From positions 1 to 64,000 of the forward strand of contig CAWGTN010000002.1 in the NCBI GenBank assembly GCA_963825525.1: 64,000 bases of DNA. The letters run 5' to 3'. This DNA is from an uncultured Chloroflexia bacterium (GTDB lineage: Bacteria > Chloroflexota > Limnocylindria > QHBO01). The notes below the pieces were generated by a model, which saw only the letters and a program-made list of their open reading frames with translations, had not been told where the DNA came from and did not search any database. The number at the start of each line of letters is the position of its first letter. Position 1 is the first letter of the stretch. This document shows positions 12,105 to 22,964 of the stretch, one piece after another. Both the position numbers and the translations under genes were made by a program.

Positions 12105-12692
12105 GTGGTTCAAGTGGCGTTCTTCGCCGGCGCGATCGGGGCCCTCGGCGGCGCGATCGCGGTGATCGCGCTTCGCAACCCGTTCTACAGCGTCCTGGCG
12201 CTGGTCGTGCACCTGATCTCGCTCGCCGGGCTGTTCCTGCTCTTGCACGCCGAGTTCCTGGCCGCGGCGCAGATCGTCGTCTACGCCGGCGCGGTGATGG
12301 TGCTCTACCTGTTCGTCGCCGCCTACGTCGGCGGCGTCGAGGAGCCGCTCTGGGAGCCGATCCCGGGCCAGCGCTTCCTCGGACCGCTGCTCGCCGCGGC
12401 GCTCTTCGTCGAGGTCTCGATCGCCGTCATCGGCACCTCGCTCACCTCGATCGAGACCGAGGGCCCGGTGATCCAGGCCGGCTTCGGCTCGCCGGGGGAG
12501 ATCGGCCGGCTGCTGCTCGAACGCTTCTTGGTCGCCTTCGAGGCCGCCTCGATGCTGCTCCTGATCGCCGCGGTCGGGGCGATCGTGCTGGCCGGCCGGA
12601 ATAAACCGGCCACGTCCTCGGGAATTACTCGCGCCACGTCCTCGGCTTCGCCTCCGGGCGTGCGCGGTGTCGATCCGGGGGAGGTCGGCTGA
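12105..12692 (+). CDS. nuoJ: NADH-quinone oxidoreductase subunit J
   Basis: AEFLAAAQIVVYAGAVMVLYLF, FEAASMLLL. Confidence 0.95.
   Translation: MVQVAFFAGAIGALGGAIAVIALRNPFYSVLALVVHLISLAGLFLLLHAEFLAAAQIVVYAGAVMVLYLFVAAYVGGVEEPLWEPIPGQRFLGPLLAAALFVEVSIAVIGTSLTSIETEGPVIQAGFGSPGEIGRLLLERFLVAFEAASMLLLIAAVGAIVLAGRNKPATSSGITRATSSASPPGVRGVDPGEVG
12607..12667 (-). repeat. Inverted diverged copy (plus partial duplicate) of nuo-junction repeat, inside nuoJ 3' end
   Basis: CGCCACGTCCTCGGCTTCGCCTCCGGGCGTGCG versus reverse complement CGGCCACCTCCTCGGCTTCGCCTGCGGGGGTGCCG; partial CGGCCACGTCCTCGG at 12607. Confidence 0.8.
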
Positions 12693-12694
12693 TC

Positions 12695-12994
12695 ATGGAT
12701 GTCAGTTGGTATCTCGTCCTGAGCGCTCTGCTATTCGCCACCGGCGCCTGCGGCGTCCTGCTGCGGCGCAGCCCGCTGGTCATCCTGCTCTGCCTCGAGC
12801 TGATGCTGAACGCCGGGAACCTCGCCCTGGTCGCCTTCGCGCGCTCGAACGGCAACCAGGAGGGACAGATCTTCGCCCTGATCGTGATGGTCGTCGCCGC
12901 CTGTGAGGTGGTCGTGGGCCTCGGCCTGATCGTCGCCATGTTCCGCCGCCGGATGACGCTCGACGTCGACTCGATCCGGGAGCTGAAGGGCTGA
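12695..12994 (+). CDS. nuoK: NADH-quinone oxidoreductase subunit K
   Basis: ELMLNAGNL, VAACEVVVGL. Confidence 0.96.
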   Translation: MDVSWYLVLSALLFATGACGVLLRRSPLVILLCLELMLNAGNLALVAFARSNGNQEGQIFALIVMVVAACEVVVGLGLIVAMFRRRMTLDVDSIRELKG

Positions 12995-15000
12995 TGAGCG
13001 CCACGACCTGGGCCTGGCTGGTCCTCGCCTTCCCGCTGGCCGGGAGCATGCTGATCGCCTTCGGCCGCGGCGCGATGCCCGGCCGTACCCCGGCCTGGAT
13101 CGGGACCGGCGCGATCGCGCTCGCCTTCGCCTGCTCGATCGGGGCGCTGCTGGCACTGCTCGACCATCCGGTCGACGAGCGCCAGCTCACCGACTCGCTC
13201 TACAGCTACGCCTCGGCGGCCGGACTCGACATCCAGCTCAACGTCCTCGTCGACCCGCTGTCGGTCTACATGTGCCTGGTGGTGACGGGGATCTCGACCC
13301 TGATCCACCTCTACTCGCTCGCCTACATGGGCTCCGACCGCGGCTACGCGCGCTTCTTCAGCTACCTGAACTTCTTCGTCTTCTCGATGCTGCTGCTGGT
13401 CCTCGCGGGCAACTTCGTCCTCCTGATCGTCGGCTGGGCGTTCGTCGGCTTCGCCTCCTACGCGCTGATCAGCTACTGGTACCGGCGCGAGACCGCGACC
13501 AAGGCGGGCATGAAGGCGTTCGTGATCAACGTCGTCGGCGATATCGGCCTCGTGCTCGCCGCCTTCTTCATCTTCCGCGAGCTCGGCACGTTCGACTACC
13601 TGGCGAGCTTCGACGCGGCCCGCGAGACCTTCTCGCCCAACCAGGGCGTCGCGATCGCGATCTGCCTGCTGATCTGCGTCGGCGCGTTCGCGAAGTCGGC
13701 CCAGGTCCCGTTCCACACCTGGCTCCCGGACGCGATGGAGGGCCCGACCCCGGTCTCGGCGCTGATCCACGCGGCGACGATGGTCACCGCCGGCGTCTAC
13801 CTGATCGCGCGCATGTTCCCGTTCTTCGAGCTCGCCCCGACCGCCGCCGACATCGCGGCGTTCGTCGGCCTGGCGACGCTGCTGATCGCGGCGACGATCG
13901 CGCTCGCAGTCACCGACCTGAAGCGGATCATCGCCTACTCGACCATGAGCCAGATCGGCTACATGATCATGGGCGTCGCGATCGGCGCCTACGCGGGCGG
14001 GATGTTCATGCTGATGGCGCACGCCTTCTTCAAGGCGCTGCTGTTCATGGCCGCCGGCTCGGTGATCTCGGCGATGGCCAACAACCAGAACGTCGACGAC
14101 ATGAGCGGCTTCCGCCGCGCCCTGCCGTTCACATCGGCCCTGCTGCTCGTCGGCTGCCTGGCGCTGGCGGCCTTCCCCGGCACGTCGGGGTTCTTCTCCA
14201 AGGACGAGATCCTCGCCTTCGCCGCCAACCGCGGCGGGATGTACTGGATCTTCGCGATCGGCGGCTACATCGGGGCGCTGATGACCGCCTTCTACGCCTT
14301 CCGGATCGGCTTCCGCGTGACCGCCGGGGCGCCGTGCAAGGAGGCCGAGGAGCTCGAGCAGGGTCACATGCACCATGCCGAGCCGACCAACCCGCACACC
14401 GGCGAGGCGGAGGACGTCGACGTCGGCTTCCCCGGCGAGGAGCACCACATCGCCGAGCGCGAGTGGCCGATGCGCGTCGCGATGGCGATCCTGGGGTTCG
14501 GGGCGCTGTTCGCCGGGCTGCTCCAGGTCCCCGGCGTGGACCACGTGATCACGACCTTCCTCGAGGGCACCTTCGAGAGCTCGACGCTGTACGCGCAGGA
14601 GCCATCGACGGCCGACTCGTGGATCGGCCTCGCGATCGGCGGCACGATCTCGATCATCGGGATCGCGTTCGCCTACCACTGCTACGTGCGCCGGCCCGGG
14701 GTGACGGTGCGGATGGCGGAGCGCTTCCGGCGCATCCACACCTTCCTGCTCAACAAGTGGTACTTCGATGAGCTGATCGACGCGCTCATCTACCGGCCGG
14801 CGATCGCGATCGGGCGGTTCTCGAACGCGGTGTTCGAGCGGGTCGTCGTGAACGGGATCGTGGACACCGCGACCGGGGTCGTCAAGGGCGCCGGGTCGAT
14901 CGTCCGCGGCGCCCAGTCGGGCTTCGTACGCGCCTACGCGCTGCTGCTGGTCGGCGGCTTCGCGGCGCTCGGGATCTACTTCCTGGCGGTGAGCAACTAG
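12994..15000 (+). CDS. nuoL: NADH-quinone oxidoreductase subunit L
   Basis: AKSAQVPFHTWLPDAMEGPTPVSALIHAATMV, HAFFKALLF. Confidence 0.97.
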   Translation: MSATTWAWLVLAFPLAGSMLIAFGRGAMPGRTPAWIGTGAIALAFACSIGALLALLDHPVDERQLTDSLYSYASAAGLDIQLNVLVDPLSVYMCLVVTGISTLIHLYSLAYMGSDRGYARFFSYLNFFVFSMLLLVLAGNFVLLIVGWAFVGFASYALISYWYRRETATKAGMKAFVINVVGDIGLVLAAFFIFRELGTFDYLASFDAARETFSPNQGVAIAICLLICVGAFAKSAQVPFHTWLPDAMEGPTPVSALIHAATMVTAGVYLIARMFPFFELAPTAADIAAFVGLATLLIAATIALAVTDLKRIIAYSTMSQIGYMIMGVAIGAYAGGMFMLMAHAFFKALLFMAAGSVISAMANNQNVDDMSGFRRALPFTSALLLVGCLALAAFPGTSGFFSKDEILAFAANRGGMYWIFAIGGYIGALMTAFYAFRIGFRVTAGAPCKEAEELEQGHMHHAEPTNPHTGEAEDVDVGFPGEEHHIAEREWPMRVAMAILGFGALFAGLLQVPGVDHVITTFLEGTFESSTLYAQEPSTADSWIGLAIGGTISIIGIAFAYHCYVRRPGVTVRMAERFRRIHTFLLNKWYFDELIDALIYRPAIAIGRFSNAVFERVVVNGIVDTATGVVKGAGSIVRGAQSGFVRAYALLLVGGFAALGIYFLAVSN

Positions 15001-15013
15001 TGGTGACTCACTG

Positions 15014-16537
15014 ATGCTCAGCGTGCTGCTCTGGACACCGCTGATCACCGGGGTGCTGATCCTGCTGGCGCCCCGGGTCGCCGCGCGCTGGCTCGCCGTC
15101 GTCGGCGCCCTGGTGACGCTCGGGCTCGCGATCGGGCTCGCCGCCGGCTTCGACCCCGACGCCGCCGGCCTCCAGCACGTCGTCGACGAGTCCTGGATCC
15201 CCGACCTCGGCGTCCGCTACTTCCTCGGCGTCGACGGGATCAGCGTCTTCCTCGTGCTGCTCACCGCGGTGCTGTGGTTCGCGGCGACGCTGTGGTCGGC
15301 GCTGCGCGGCGAGCCGGGCGACGGGCGCGACAAGCTCTACTACTTCCTCGTCGGGCTCGCGGGGACGGCGGCCCTGGGGGCCTTCATGGCCCAGGACCTG
15401 CTGCTGTTCGTCCTCTTCTTCGACCTGATGCTGATCCCGTTCTTCTTCCTGATCGGGACGTTCGGAGGCGAGAATCGGGTCCCGGCGACGACGAAGATGA
15501 TCGTCTACACGCTGGTCGGCTCGCTGCTGATGCTGGTCGGCGCGATCGCGACCGCGATCCTGGCGTCCGACTCGGTGGGCGAGCTCAGCTTCTCGATCCC
15601 CGTCCTCCAGCAGCATCTGCTGTCGACCGGCAGCCAGGAGTGGATCTTCTGCTTCTTCGCCGCGGCCTTCCTGGTCAAGATGCCGGCCTTCCCGATCCAC
15701 GGGTGGATGCCCGACGCCTACCGGGCGGCGCCGCTGCCCGTGCTGATCCTGCTCTCCGCGGTGCTCTCCAAGGTCGGCGCCTACGGCTTCCTGCGGGTCG
15801 CGCTGCCGCTCTTCCCCGAGGCGACCAACGAGTTCCAGGAGCTGATCATGCTGATCGCGCTCGCCTCGATCCTCTACGGCTCGGTGATGGCGTTCACGCA
15901 GACCAACGTGCGGCTGATCGCCGGCTACTCGTCGGTCGCCCAGCTCGGCTTCATCACCCTCGGGATCTTCAGCCTGCGGGCCGACGGTGCCGACGGGGCG
16001 GTACTGCAGATGGTCAACCACGGGCTCGTCGTCGCCGGGGTGTTCATGGTGATCGCGATCCTCTACGAGCGCACCAGAACCGAGGACGTGACGAAGATGG
16101 GCGGCCAGGCGATGCGGGCGCCGTTCCTGGCCGCGCTGTTCCTGGTCATCGCGATGGCGAACCTGGCGATCCCCGGCTCCGCCAACTTCATCGGCGAGTT
16201 CTACATCCTGAACGGCGTCTTCGAGTCGAAGATCGCGTTCGCCTTCGTCGCCGCGATCGGGATCGCGCTCGCCGCCTTCTACAGCCTGCGGATGTACCAG
16301 CGGACCATGCACAACCGCCTGCCCGAGGGCGCCGAGTCGCGCGAGATCTCCTGGCGCGACGGGGTGGTGCTGGCGCCGCTGGTCGCCGTGATCGTCGCGC
16401 TGGCGTTGTGGCCCGGGCTGATCCTCGAGCGCGGCGAGAAGTCCACCGCGGCGGCCGTCGAGGCCGCGACCGCCCCGCCCGCGGGAGACGGCCGGCGTCG
16501 GTGGCCGCGGCTGGACCGGCTACGCGCCCCTCGGTGA
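15014..16537 (+). CDS. nuoM: NADH-quinone oxidoreductase subunit M
   Basis: VDGIS, VKMPAFPIHGWMPDAY, KVGAYG, QMVNHG, FIGEF. Confidence 0.96.
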   Translation: MLSVLLWTPLITGVLILLAPRVAARWLAVVGALVTLGLAIGLAAGFDPDAAGLQHVVDESWIPDLGVRYFLGVDGISVFLVLLTAVLWFAATLWSALRGEPGDGRDKLYYFLVGLAGTAALGAFMAQDLLLFVLFFDLMLIPFFFLIGTFGGENRVPATTKMIVYTLVGSLLMLVGAIATAILASDSVGELSFSIPVLQQHLLSTGSQEWIFCFFAAAFLVKMPAFPIHGWMPDAYRAAPLPVLILLSAVLSKVGAYGFLRVALPLFPEATNEFQELIMLIALASILYGSVMAFTQTNVRLIAGYSSVAQLGFITLGIFSLRADGADGAVLQMVNHGLVVAGVFMVIAILYERTRTEDVTKMGGQAMRAPFLAALFLVIAMANLAIPGSANFIGEFYILNGVFESKIAFAFVAAIGIALAAFYSLRMYQRTMHNRLPEGAESREISWRDGVVLAPLVAVIVALALWPGLILERGEKSTAAAVEAATAPPAGDGRRRWPRLDRLRAPR

Positions 16538-16540
16538 CTG

Positions 16541-18073
16541 ATGGACTTCAACGCCCCCGACATCAACTACGCCGGGATCTCGCCGATCATCGCGCTCACC
16601 GGCGGGATCGTGCTGGCGCTGATCGCGGGCCTGTTCGGGAGCCGCAAGCAGCAGCGGATCGTGGTCTCGATCATCGGCTTCGCCACCCTCGCGGCCGCCG
16701 CCGGGCTGCTGATCGCCCAGTGGGGCGCGCACAAGAACCTGATCGCCGGCGCCCTGCGGCTCGACGACCTGGCGATCACGACCAGCCTGATCTGCATCGG
16801 CGCCGCGGCCTTCTGCATCCCGCTGTCGTGGCGGGAGCAGGCCTTCGACCGGCCGCTCGGCCCCAGCGGGCACGGCGAGTTCCAGGCGCTGCTGCTCTGC
16901 TCGGTGCTCGGGATGACGATGATCACCCAGGCGCAGAACCTGGTCTCGTTCTTCGTCGCCCTCGAGCTGCTCTCGATCCCGCTCTACGTGCTCTGCGGCG
17001 CCGCGCTGCGGCGCGAGGAGTCGCTCGAGTCCGGGCTCAAGTACCTGATCATCGGCTCGCTCGGCTCGGCGACGCTGCTCTACGGACTCGCCTTCGTCTA
17101 CGGGGCGACCGGCTCGACCGACTTCTCCGGGATCCGCGCCGCGGTCGGCGGCTCGGTGCTCGACGACCCGCTGCTGCTGATCGGGATCGCGCTCGCGGCC
17201 ACCGGGCTCGCCTTCAAGCTCTCGATCGCCCCGTTCCACCAGTGGACGCCCGACGTCTACCAGGGTGCGCCGACCCCGGTCACCGCGTTCATGTCGGTGG
17301 CCACGAAGGCGGCGGTGTTCTGCGTCCTGGTCCGCTTCTTCGAGGTCGCCCTCGGCCCCGCCACCGGCGACTGGCAGCCGGCGCTCGCCGCGCTCGCCGC
17401 GGTCTCGATCGTGGTCGGCAACGCGGGCGCCCTGGGCCAGAACTCGCTGAAGCGCCTGCTCGGCTACTCGAGTGTCGCCCAGGCCGGCTACATGATGGTC
17501 GCGGTGGTGGCGGCGAGCGAGGCCGGCGTCAACGCCCTCGTCTTCTACCTCGCCGGCTACGCGCTGATGAACCTGGCCGCGTTCGCGGTGATCACGATCC
17601 GCGAGCGCGAGACCGCGTTCGGCGACGACATCCGCTCGGTCGAGGGGCTCGCTCGCGAGCGCCCCGGGCTGGCGACGGCGCTGACGATCTCGATGCTGGC
17701 GCTCGCCGGCCTCCCCGGGACGGTCGGCTTCATCGGCAAGCTCTACCTGATCGAGACGGCCGTCGACGCCGACTACACCTGGCTCGGCGTGATGATCGCG
17801 GTCGGGACGATGATCTCGCTCGCCTACTACCTGCGGGTGATCGCGGCGATCTGGATGGGCCCCGGCGCCGAGCCCGCGCCCGGCGGCCCCGCGCCCGCGA
17901 TCGCCGGCGGCTCGCAGGAGGCCGACGCCGAGGTCACGGGCGCCCGCTGCAGGGTGATCCTCGGGCTGACCGCCCTCGCGGCCGCCGCGACCGTGTTCTT
18001 CGGCGTCATCCCCTCGCCGCTGGTCGACTGGGCGAACGCGGCAGGCGACGCGATCGGCTCGTTGCTCGGCTGA
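16541..18073 (+). CDS. nuoN: NADH-quinone oxidoreductase subunit N
   Basis: ESGLKYLI, FKLSIAPFHQWTPDVYQGAP, KRLLGYSS. Confidence 0.96.
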   Translation: MDFNAPDINYAGISPIIALTGGIVLALIAGLFGSRKQQRIVVSIIGFATLAAAAGLLIAQWGAHKNLIAGALRLDDLAITTSLICIGAAAFCIPLSWREQAFDRPLGPSGHGEFQALLLCSVLGMTMITQAQNLVSFFVALELLSIPLYVLCGAALRREESLESGLKYLIIGSLGSATLLYGLAFVYGATGSTDFSGIRAAVGGSVLDDPLLLIGIALAATGLAFKLSIAPFHQWTPDVYQGAPTPVTAFMSVATKAAVFCVLVRFFEVALGPATGDWQPALAALAAVSIVVGNAGALGQNSLKRLLGYSSVAQAGYMMVAVVAASEAGVNALVFYLAGYALMNLAAFAVITIRERETAFGDDIRSVEGLARERPGLATALTISMLALAGLPGTVGFIGKLYLIETAVDADYTWLGVMIAVGTMISLAYYLRVIAAIWMGPGAEPAPGGPAPAIAGGSQEADAEVTGARCRVILGLTALAAAATVFFGVIPSPLVDWANAAGDAIGSLLG

Positions 18074-18093
18074 GTCGCCGGCCGGCGACCGGC

Positions 18094-19454
18094 TCAGCCA
18101 CCGGTGAGCTCGGCCGTGGCCTCGCGGAACGCGTCGGTGTGGCGGTCGACCTGCGCCTCGGTGGTCGCCGGCGACATCAGCGCCATCATGTGGAACGGCG
18201 TCAGCAGGACGCCGCGGTTGAGCATGTAGAGGTGCAGCAGGGCGTCGAGGTCATCGTCCATCGCGGCCGCCGCCTCGCCTCCGGTCTGCGGGCGGCTCGG
18301 GCGAGAACATGTACTCGGCCCGGCATCCGAGCCGGGTGATCGACCAGGGCAGGCCGCGCTCCGCGATCGTCTCGGCGACGCCCGGCCTCGAAGCGCTCGG
18401 CGAGGCCGATCATGTGCTCGAACGCCTCGTGGGTCAGCACCTCGGCGAGCGTCGCGCGAACCGCCGCCAGCGAGAGCGCGTTTCCGGCCAGCGTCCCGCC
18501 GACTCCGCCGACGTCGGCCTCCTTCCAGAAGGTGTGCGGCGAGGATCCGGTCGGCGACCTCGGCGCTGAAACCGTAGGCGCCGGTCGGGATCCCGCCGCC
18601 GATCGGCTTGCCGATCGTCAGGAAGTCGGGCTCGAGCCCATGGGCGGCGCGTGTAGCCACCCGGGCCGCAGCACAGCGTGTGGGTCTCGTCGATCACCAG
18701 CAACGTCCCGGTCTCGGTGCAGCTCGCGGACGCGCTCGTGGTAGCCCTCGTCGGCGAGGACGATGCCGATGTTGGTCAGCGCCGGCTCGATCAGCATGCA
18801 GGCGACGTCGCCGTGCGCAAGCTCGCGCTCGAGGCCGTCGAGGTCGTTGATCTCGACCACCCGGGTGGTCTCCGCGACGGCGACCGGCGGCCCGACGCTG
18901 CCCTCGCGCGGGCGCACCTCCCCGTCGATCGAGCGTCGCCACCGTCTCGTCGACCGAGCCGTGGTAGCAGTGGTTGTGAACGATGACCTTCGAGCGGCCG
19001 GTGATCTGCCGCGGCGATCCGGATCACGAAGCGGTTGGCGTCGGTCGCCGAGAGGGTGAACTGCCAGTCGCGCAGGCCGAAGCGCCGCTGCATCTCCTCG
19101 CCGACCGCGAGCGCGTCCTCGGTGGGCAGCATCGCCGTGATCCCGCGGTCGAGGCGCTCCTTGACCGCGGCGACCGTCGCCGCCGGCGCGTGGCCGGTCA
19201 TCGCGCCGGTGTCGCCGAGGCAGAGGTCGGCGTAGGACGTTGCCGTCGACGTCGCGCAGCTCGGCGCCCTCGGCCGACTCCATGAAGACCGGGAAATCGC
19301 CGGGCCAGCGGGTCATCCAGTTCATCGGCACGCCCGAGAGCAGCGACTCCTTGCCGCGCTCGTGCAGCTCGCGCGAGCGCGGATGCTCGGCCGCGAAACG
19401 CTCGCGCTCGCGCGCGAACAGGTCGCCGATCAGATCACGCGAGATCAGGCTCAC
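18094..19454 (-). CDS. Class III PLP aminotransferase, glutamate-semialdehyde aminomutase-like (frameshifted)
   Basis: GVPMNWM, DVDGN, GDTGAMTGH, EPALTN, LVIDETHT, TIGKPIGGG. Confidence 0.85.
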
Positions 19455-19466
19455 GCGGAACGACTA

Positions 19467-20919
19467 CTAGAGCCAGCCCTTGTGCCACGGCCCGGTGATC
19501 GCGAACGACTCGCCCGGATACTGGATGTGGCAGAAGAGCCACTTGCCGTCGGGGCTGAAGCCGATGCCGGCGACCTCGCTGCGACCGACGCCCTCGCCCT
19601 CCTCGGGCGGGTTGTCCCAGCGCTCCGGGTTGTACGGGAACAGGTCCGCGGCGATGTGATCGTGGAGCTGCATCGGCTCCGTGACCCGGCCGAAGTCGTG
19701 GAGCTTGCCGTTCGGCGCGATGTACTTCATCCGCGACGGCTGGCCGGGAACGTCCTCGCTCGACCCGTCCTCGCAAACGAGGATGCCGCCGCGCGGGCTC
19801 TGGGTGATCGCATCGGGCCCGGCAAGCACCCTGTGCTTCGGCGACTCGAACAGCAGCTCGAGCGTGCCGCGCTTGAAGTTCTTGTTGTCGGGGGTGTACT
19901 TCCAGATCTGGCCCTGGCCCTGGTTCCCCCCGTCGGACGCGGTGAAGTAGCAGCTGCCCTTCGAGAACGTGCCGCCCTCGAGACCGCTGAACTTGGCGCC
20001 GCCGGCGTGGCGGCCCTGCATGTAGACGGCCTGCGGGAAGCGGTCGGCGCCGTTCGGATCCGGGTCCTTGATGTCGACCCACGTGCACTCGAGCTTCTCG
20101 CCGACGGTCTGGTCGTTGAGGGTCGAGTACTTCGGCCGGCCCTTGATCGCGAGCATCTGCAGCTTGCCGCCGCGGTGGAGCTTGCCCTTGTGGTCGGGAG
20201 GTAGCGGTAAAAGCCGTCGCCCGGGTCGCCGTTGTCCTCCGTCTGGTAGACGATCCCGGTCTTCGGGTCGACCGGGCAGGCCTCGTGGACGAAGCGGCCC
20301 ATGGCCTTGATCGGCACCGGCTCGACCGTTGAGGTCGCGCGGGCGTCGACCTCGAAGACGTAGCCGTGCTCGGCGCCGTAGCCCTGCTCCACGCCGACGG
20401 TGTTCTCCTCGCCGGTGAGCCAGGTTCCCCACGGCGTCGACGCCGCCGTTGCAGTTGTTGTCGGTGCCGTTGAGGACGAGCGCGTTGCCGAGCACCTGAC
20501 CGGTCCTGGTGTTGAAGTGGGTGACCGTGACCCCGCCCTGGGCATAGGGGTCGTAGGCGTTGACCGGCCCGTGGGCGCGGCCGACCTGGAAGCCCTCCTG
20601 GTTGCGGGCGATCCAACCTTGCCCTTGCCGCCGGAGAAGTAGCCGGTGCCGTCGTGGCAGGTCGGCATCGGCAGGCCGTCGGACATCAGCGTCCCGGCAC
20701 GGCCGAATTTGACGTACTCGAAGCCCTTCGGCAGCGCCAGCTTCGCGCCACCTTGTGAACGAGATCACCGTAGCCGGCCTTCGGCAGGGTCGGCTTCATC
20801 GCCGCCAGCGCCTCGTTGTTGCCGCCGAGGGCGAGCAGCCGGTCGGCGATCGTGAGGCTGGCGACCCCGAGGACGCCGCTCCTTAGTGCCTGCCTGCGGG
20901 TGAACGCGCTCGCCGTCAT
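19467..20919 (-). CDS. Tat-exported PhoX/DUF839-family phosphatase (frameshifted)
   Basis: Twin-arginine signal FTRRQAL; NCNGG, TPWGTWLTGEE, MGRFVHEA, YQTED, CEDG, FSPDGKWLFCHIQYPG. Confidence 0.88.
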
Positions 20920-20951
20920 CCGAAATCCCTTCCTTTGCCGCTGATCGATGG

Positions 20952-20964
20952 ATTGTTGCACAAT
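20952..20964. promoter_or_regulatory. Candidate GntR (FadR/VanR-type) operator
   Basis: AT-rich palindrome ATTGT-TGC-ACAAT between the divergent phoX and GntR genes. Confidence 0.5.
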
Positions 20965-20973
20965 TCTACAAAC

Positions 20974-21675
20974 ATGTGCGAGAATCGGCCGAACCGGAAG
21001 CCTCTCCCTCAACACGGTGTCGACGGTCGAGGCCGCGGCCAACGCGATCCGCGACCTGATCCTCGACGGTGAGCTCGCGCCCGGCGCCCGCCTGCGCGAG
21101 AACGACTTCGCCGAGCGCCTCGGCATCGCCCGCCATTCGTTCCGCGCCGCGACCCAGATCCTGATCGGCGAAGGGCTGCTGCGCCGCGAGCCCAACCGCG
21201 GCGTCCAGGTCCCGGTCTCCTCGCCGGCCGACATCGAAGACATCTTCAAGCTGCGCGCCGCGCTCGAGATCGAGGCCGTGCGCCTCGCGATCGCCGCCGG
21301 CGCCGTCCCGGCCGAGGCCCGCCGGCGGTCGACGCCTCTCCGCGGCTCTCCGCCGACGCGCCGTGGCGCGACGTCGTCGAGCCGGACCTGCGCTTCCACC
21401 GGGCGATCATCGACGCCGCCGGAGCCCGCGGATGCAGCGCGCCTACGACGGCGTGCAGTCGGAGATCGTGCTCTGCATGGTCCAGCTGCGCCCCCACTAC
21501 GACGCCCCGCCGAGGTCGCCGCCGAGCACGAGGAGCTGCTCGCCGCGATCGAGGCCCGCGACACCGACCGCGCCGACGGAGCTCTGGCGCGCCCACCTCG
21601 ACGAGGCCGCCGAGAACCAGATCAACGCCCTGACATCCGGCGAGGGCGAGCAACAGCCGAGGAGGAGCACTGTGA
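20974..21675 (+). CDS. GntR-family regulator with FCD domain (frameshifted; start uncertain)
   Basis: [18 protein letters not shown]...[14 protein letters not shown]; FHRAII, EHEELL. Confidence 0.88.
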
Positions 21676-22964
21676 GCGAGCGCCCGACGATCACCGCGCA
21701 TCGCGCCCGCGAGGTGCTCGAATGCCGCGGCCTGCCGACCGTCCAGGTCGACCTCGAGCTCGACGACGGCAGCGTCGCCACCGCCGACGTCCCCTCCGGT
21801 CGCTCGACCGGCGCCTACGAGGCGGTCGAGCTGCGCGACGGCGGCGATCGCTTCGGCGGCTTCGGCGTCCTCGGCGCGGTCGCCAACGTCAACGGCGAGA
21901 TCGCCGCGACGCCTGGTCGGCGAGGAGCTGACCGACCAGCGCGAGCTCGACCGCGGCTGATCGAGCTCGACGGCACCCCCGACAAGTCCCGCCTCGGCGG
22001 CAACGCGATCCTCGGCGTCTCGCTCGCCGCCGCCCGCGCCGCGCGCCGAGGCGGCCGGCCTGCCGCTCTACCAGGCGCTGAACGCCAACGCGCACGTCCT
22101 GCCGGTGCCGCTGGTCAACCTGATCAACGGCGGCCGCCACGCCTCCAACGACCTCGACTTCCAGGAGTTCATCATCCTGCCGGTCGGCGCCGACTCGATC
22201 CTCGAGGGGCTGCAGATCTCGACCGAGGTGAACCTGGCGCTGGCCGAGATCCTGCTCGAGCGCTACGGCAAGGTCGCCCTCAACACCGGCGACGAGGGCG
22301 GCTTCGCGCCGCCGATCTCGACCCGCGCGAGGCGCTCGGCCTGCTCCACGAGGCGGTCGACGCGGCCGGGCACGACGGGCCGCTTCCGCTACGGGCTCGA
22401 CTGCGCCGCGACCCACTACTACGACGCCGCGACCGGGACCTACTCGCTGGCCGGGGAGACCCGCGACCGCGACGCGATGATCGAGCTCTACCTGGAGCTG
22501 ATCGCCGAGTTCGACGTGGTGACGATCGAGGACCCGCTCGACGAGAACGACTTCGAGGGCTTCGCCGCGCTGACCGCGCGCGGCGGGATCCAGATCGTCG
22601 GCGACGACCTGTTCACCACCAACCCGGAGCGGCTCGCCAGGGGATCGAGGTCGGCGCCGCCAACTCGCTGCTCTGGAAGGTGAACCAGATCGGCACCCTC
22701 TCGGAGGCGATGGACGCGGCCGAGATGGCGCACCGCAACGGCTACACGGTGGTCGTCTCGGAGCGCTCGGGCGAGACCGAGGACCCGATCATCGCCGACC
22801 TCACCGTCGCCCTCGGCGCCGGCCAGATCAAGACCGGCGCCCCGGTCCGCGGCGAGCGGACCGCGAAGTACAACCGCCTGATCCGGATCGCCGAGGAGCT
22901 GGGGGAGACCGCGGTCTACCCGGGGACGTCTTCGGCCGGCGTGGCGGCTGGCGGTGGCTCCTGA
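21672..22964 (+). CDS. eno: Enolase-family protein with variant active-site motifs (frameshifted)
   Basis: [74 protein letters not shown]. Confidence 0.9.
   Translation: MSERPTITAHRAREVLECRGLPTVQVDLELDDGSVATADVPSGRSTGAYEAVELRDGGDRFGGFGVLGAVANVNGEIAATPGRRGADRPARARPRLIELDGTPDKSRLGGNAILGVSLAAARAARRGGRPAALPGAERQRARPAGAAGQPDQRRPPRLQRPRLPGVHHPAGRRRLDPRGAADLDRGEPGAGRDPARALRQGRPQHRRRGRLRAADLDPREALGLLHEAVDAAGHDGPLPLRARLRRDPLLRRRDRDLLAGRGDPRPRRDDRALPGADRRVRRGDDRGPARRERLRGLRRADRARRDPDRRRRPVHHQPGAARQGIEVGAANSLLWKVNQIGTLSEAMDAAEMAHRNGYTVVVSERSGETEDPIIADLTVALGAGQIKTGAPVRGERTAKYNRLIRIAEELGETAVYPGTSSAGVAAGGGS

Noticed and set aside
7734-18339. Long antisense and alternate-frame ORFs over nuo genes (also over pcrA, ligA, groEL)
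   Set aside because: Shadow ORFs expected from very high GC3; Arg/Gly/Pro-rich with no recognisable motifs.
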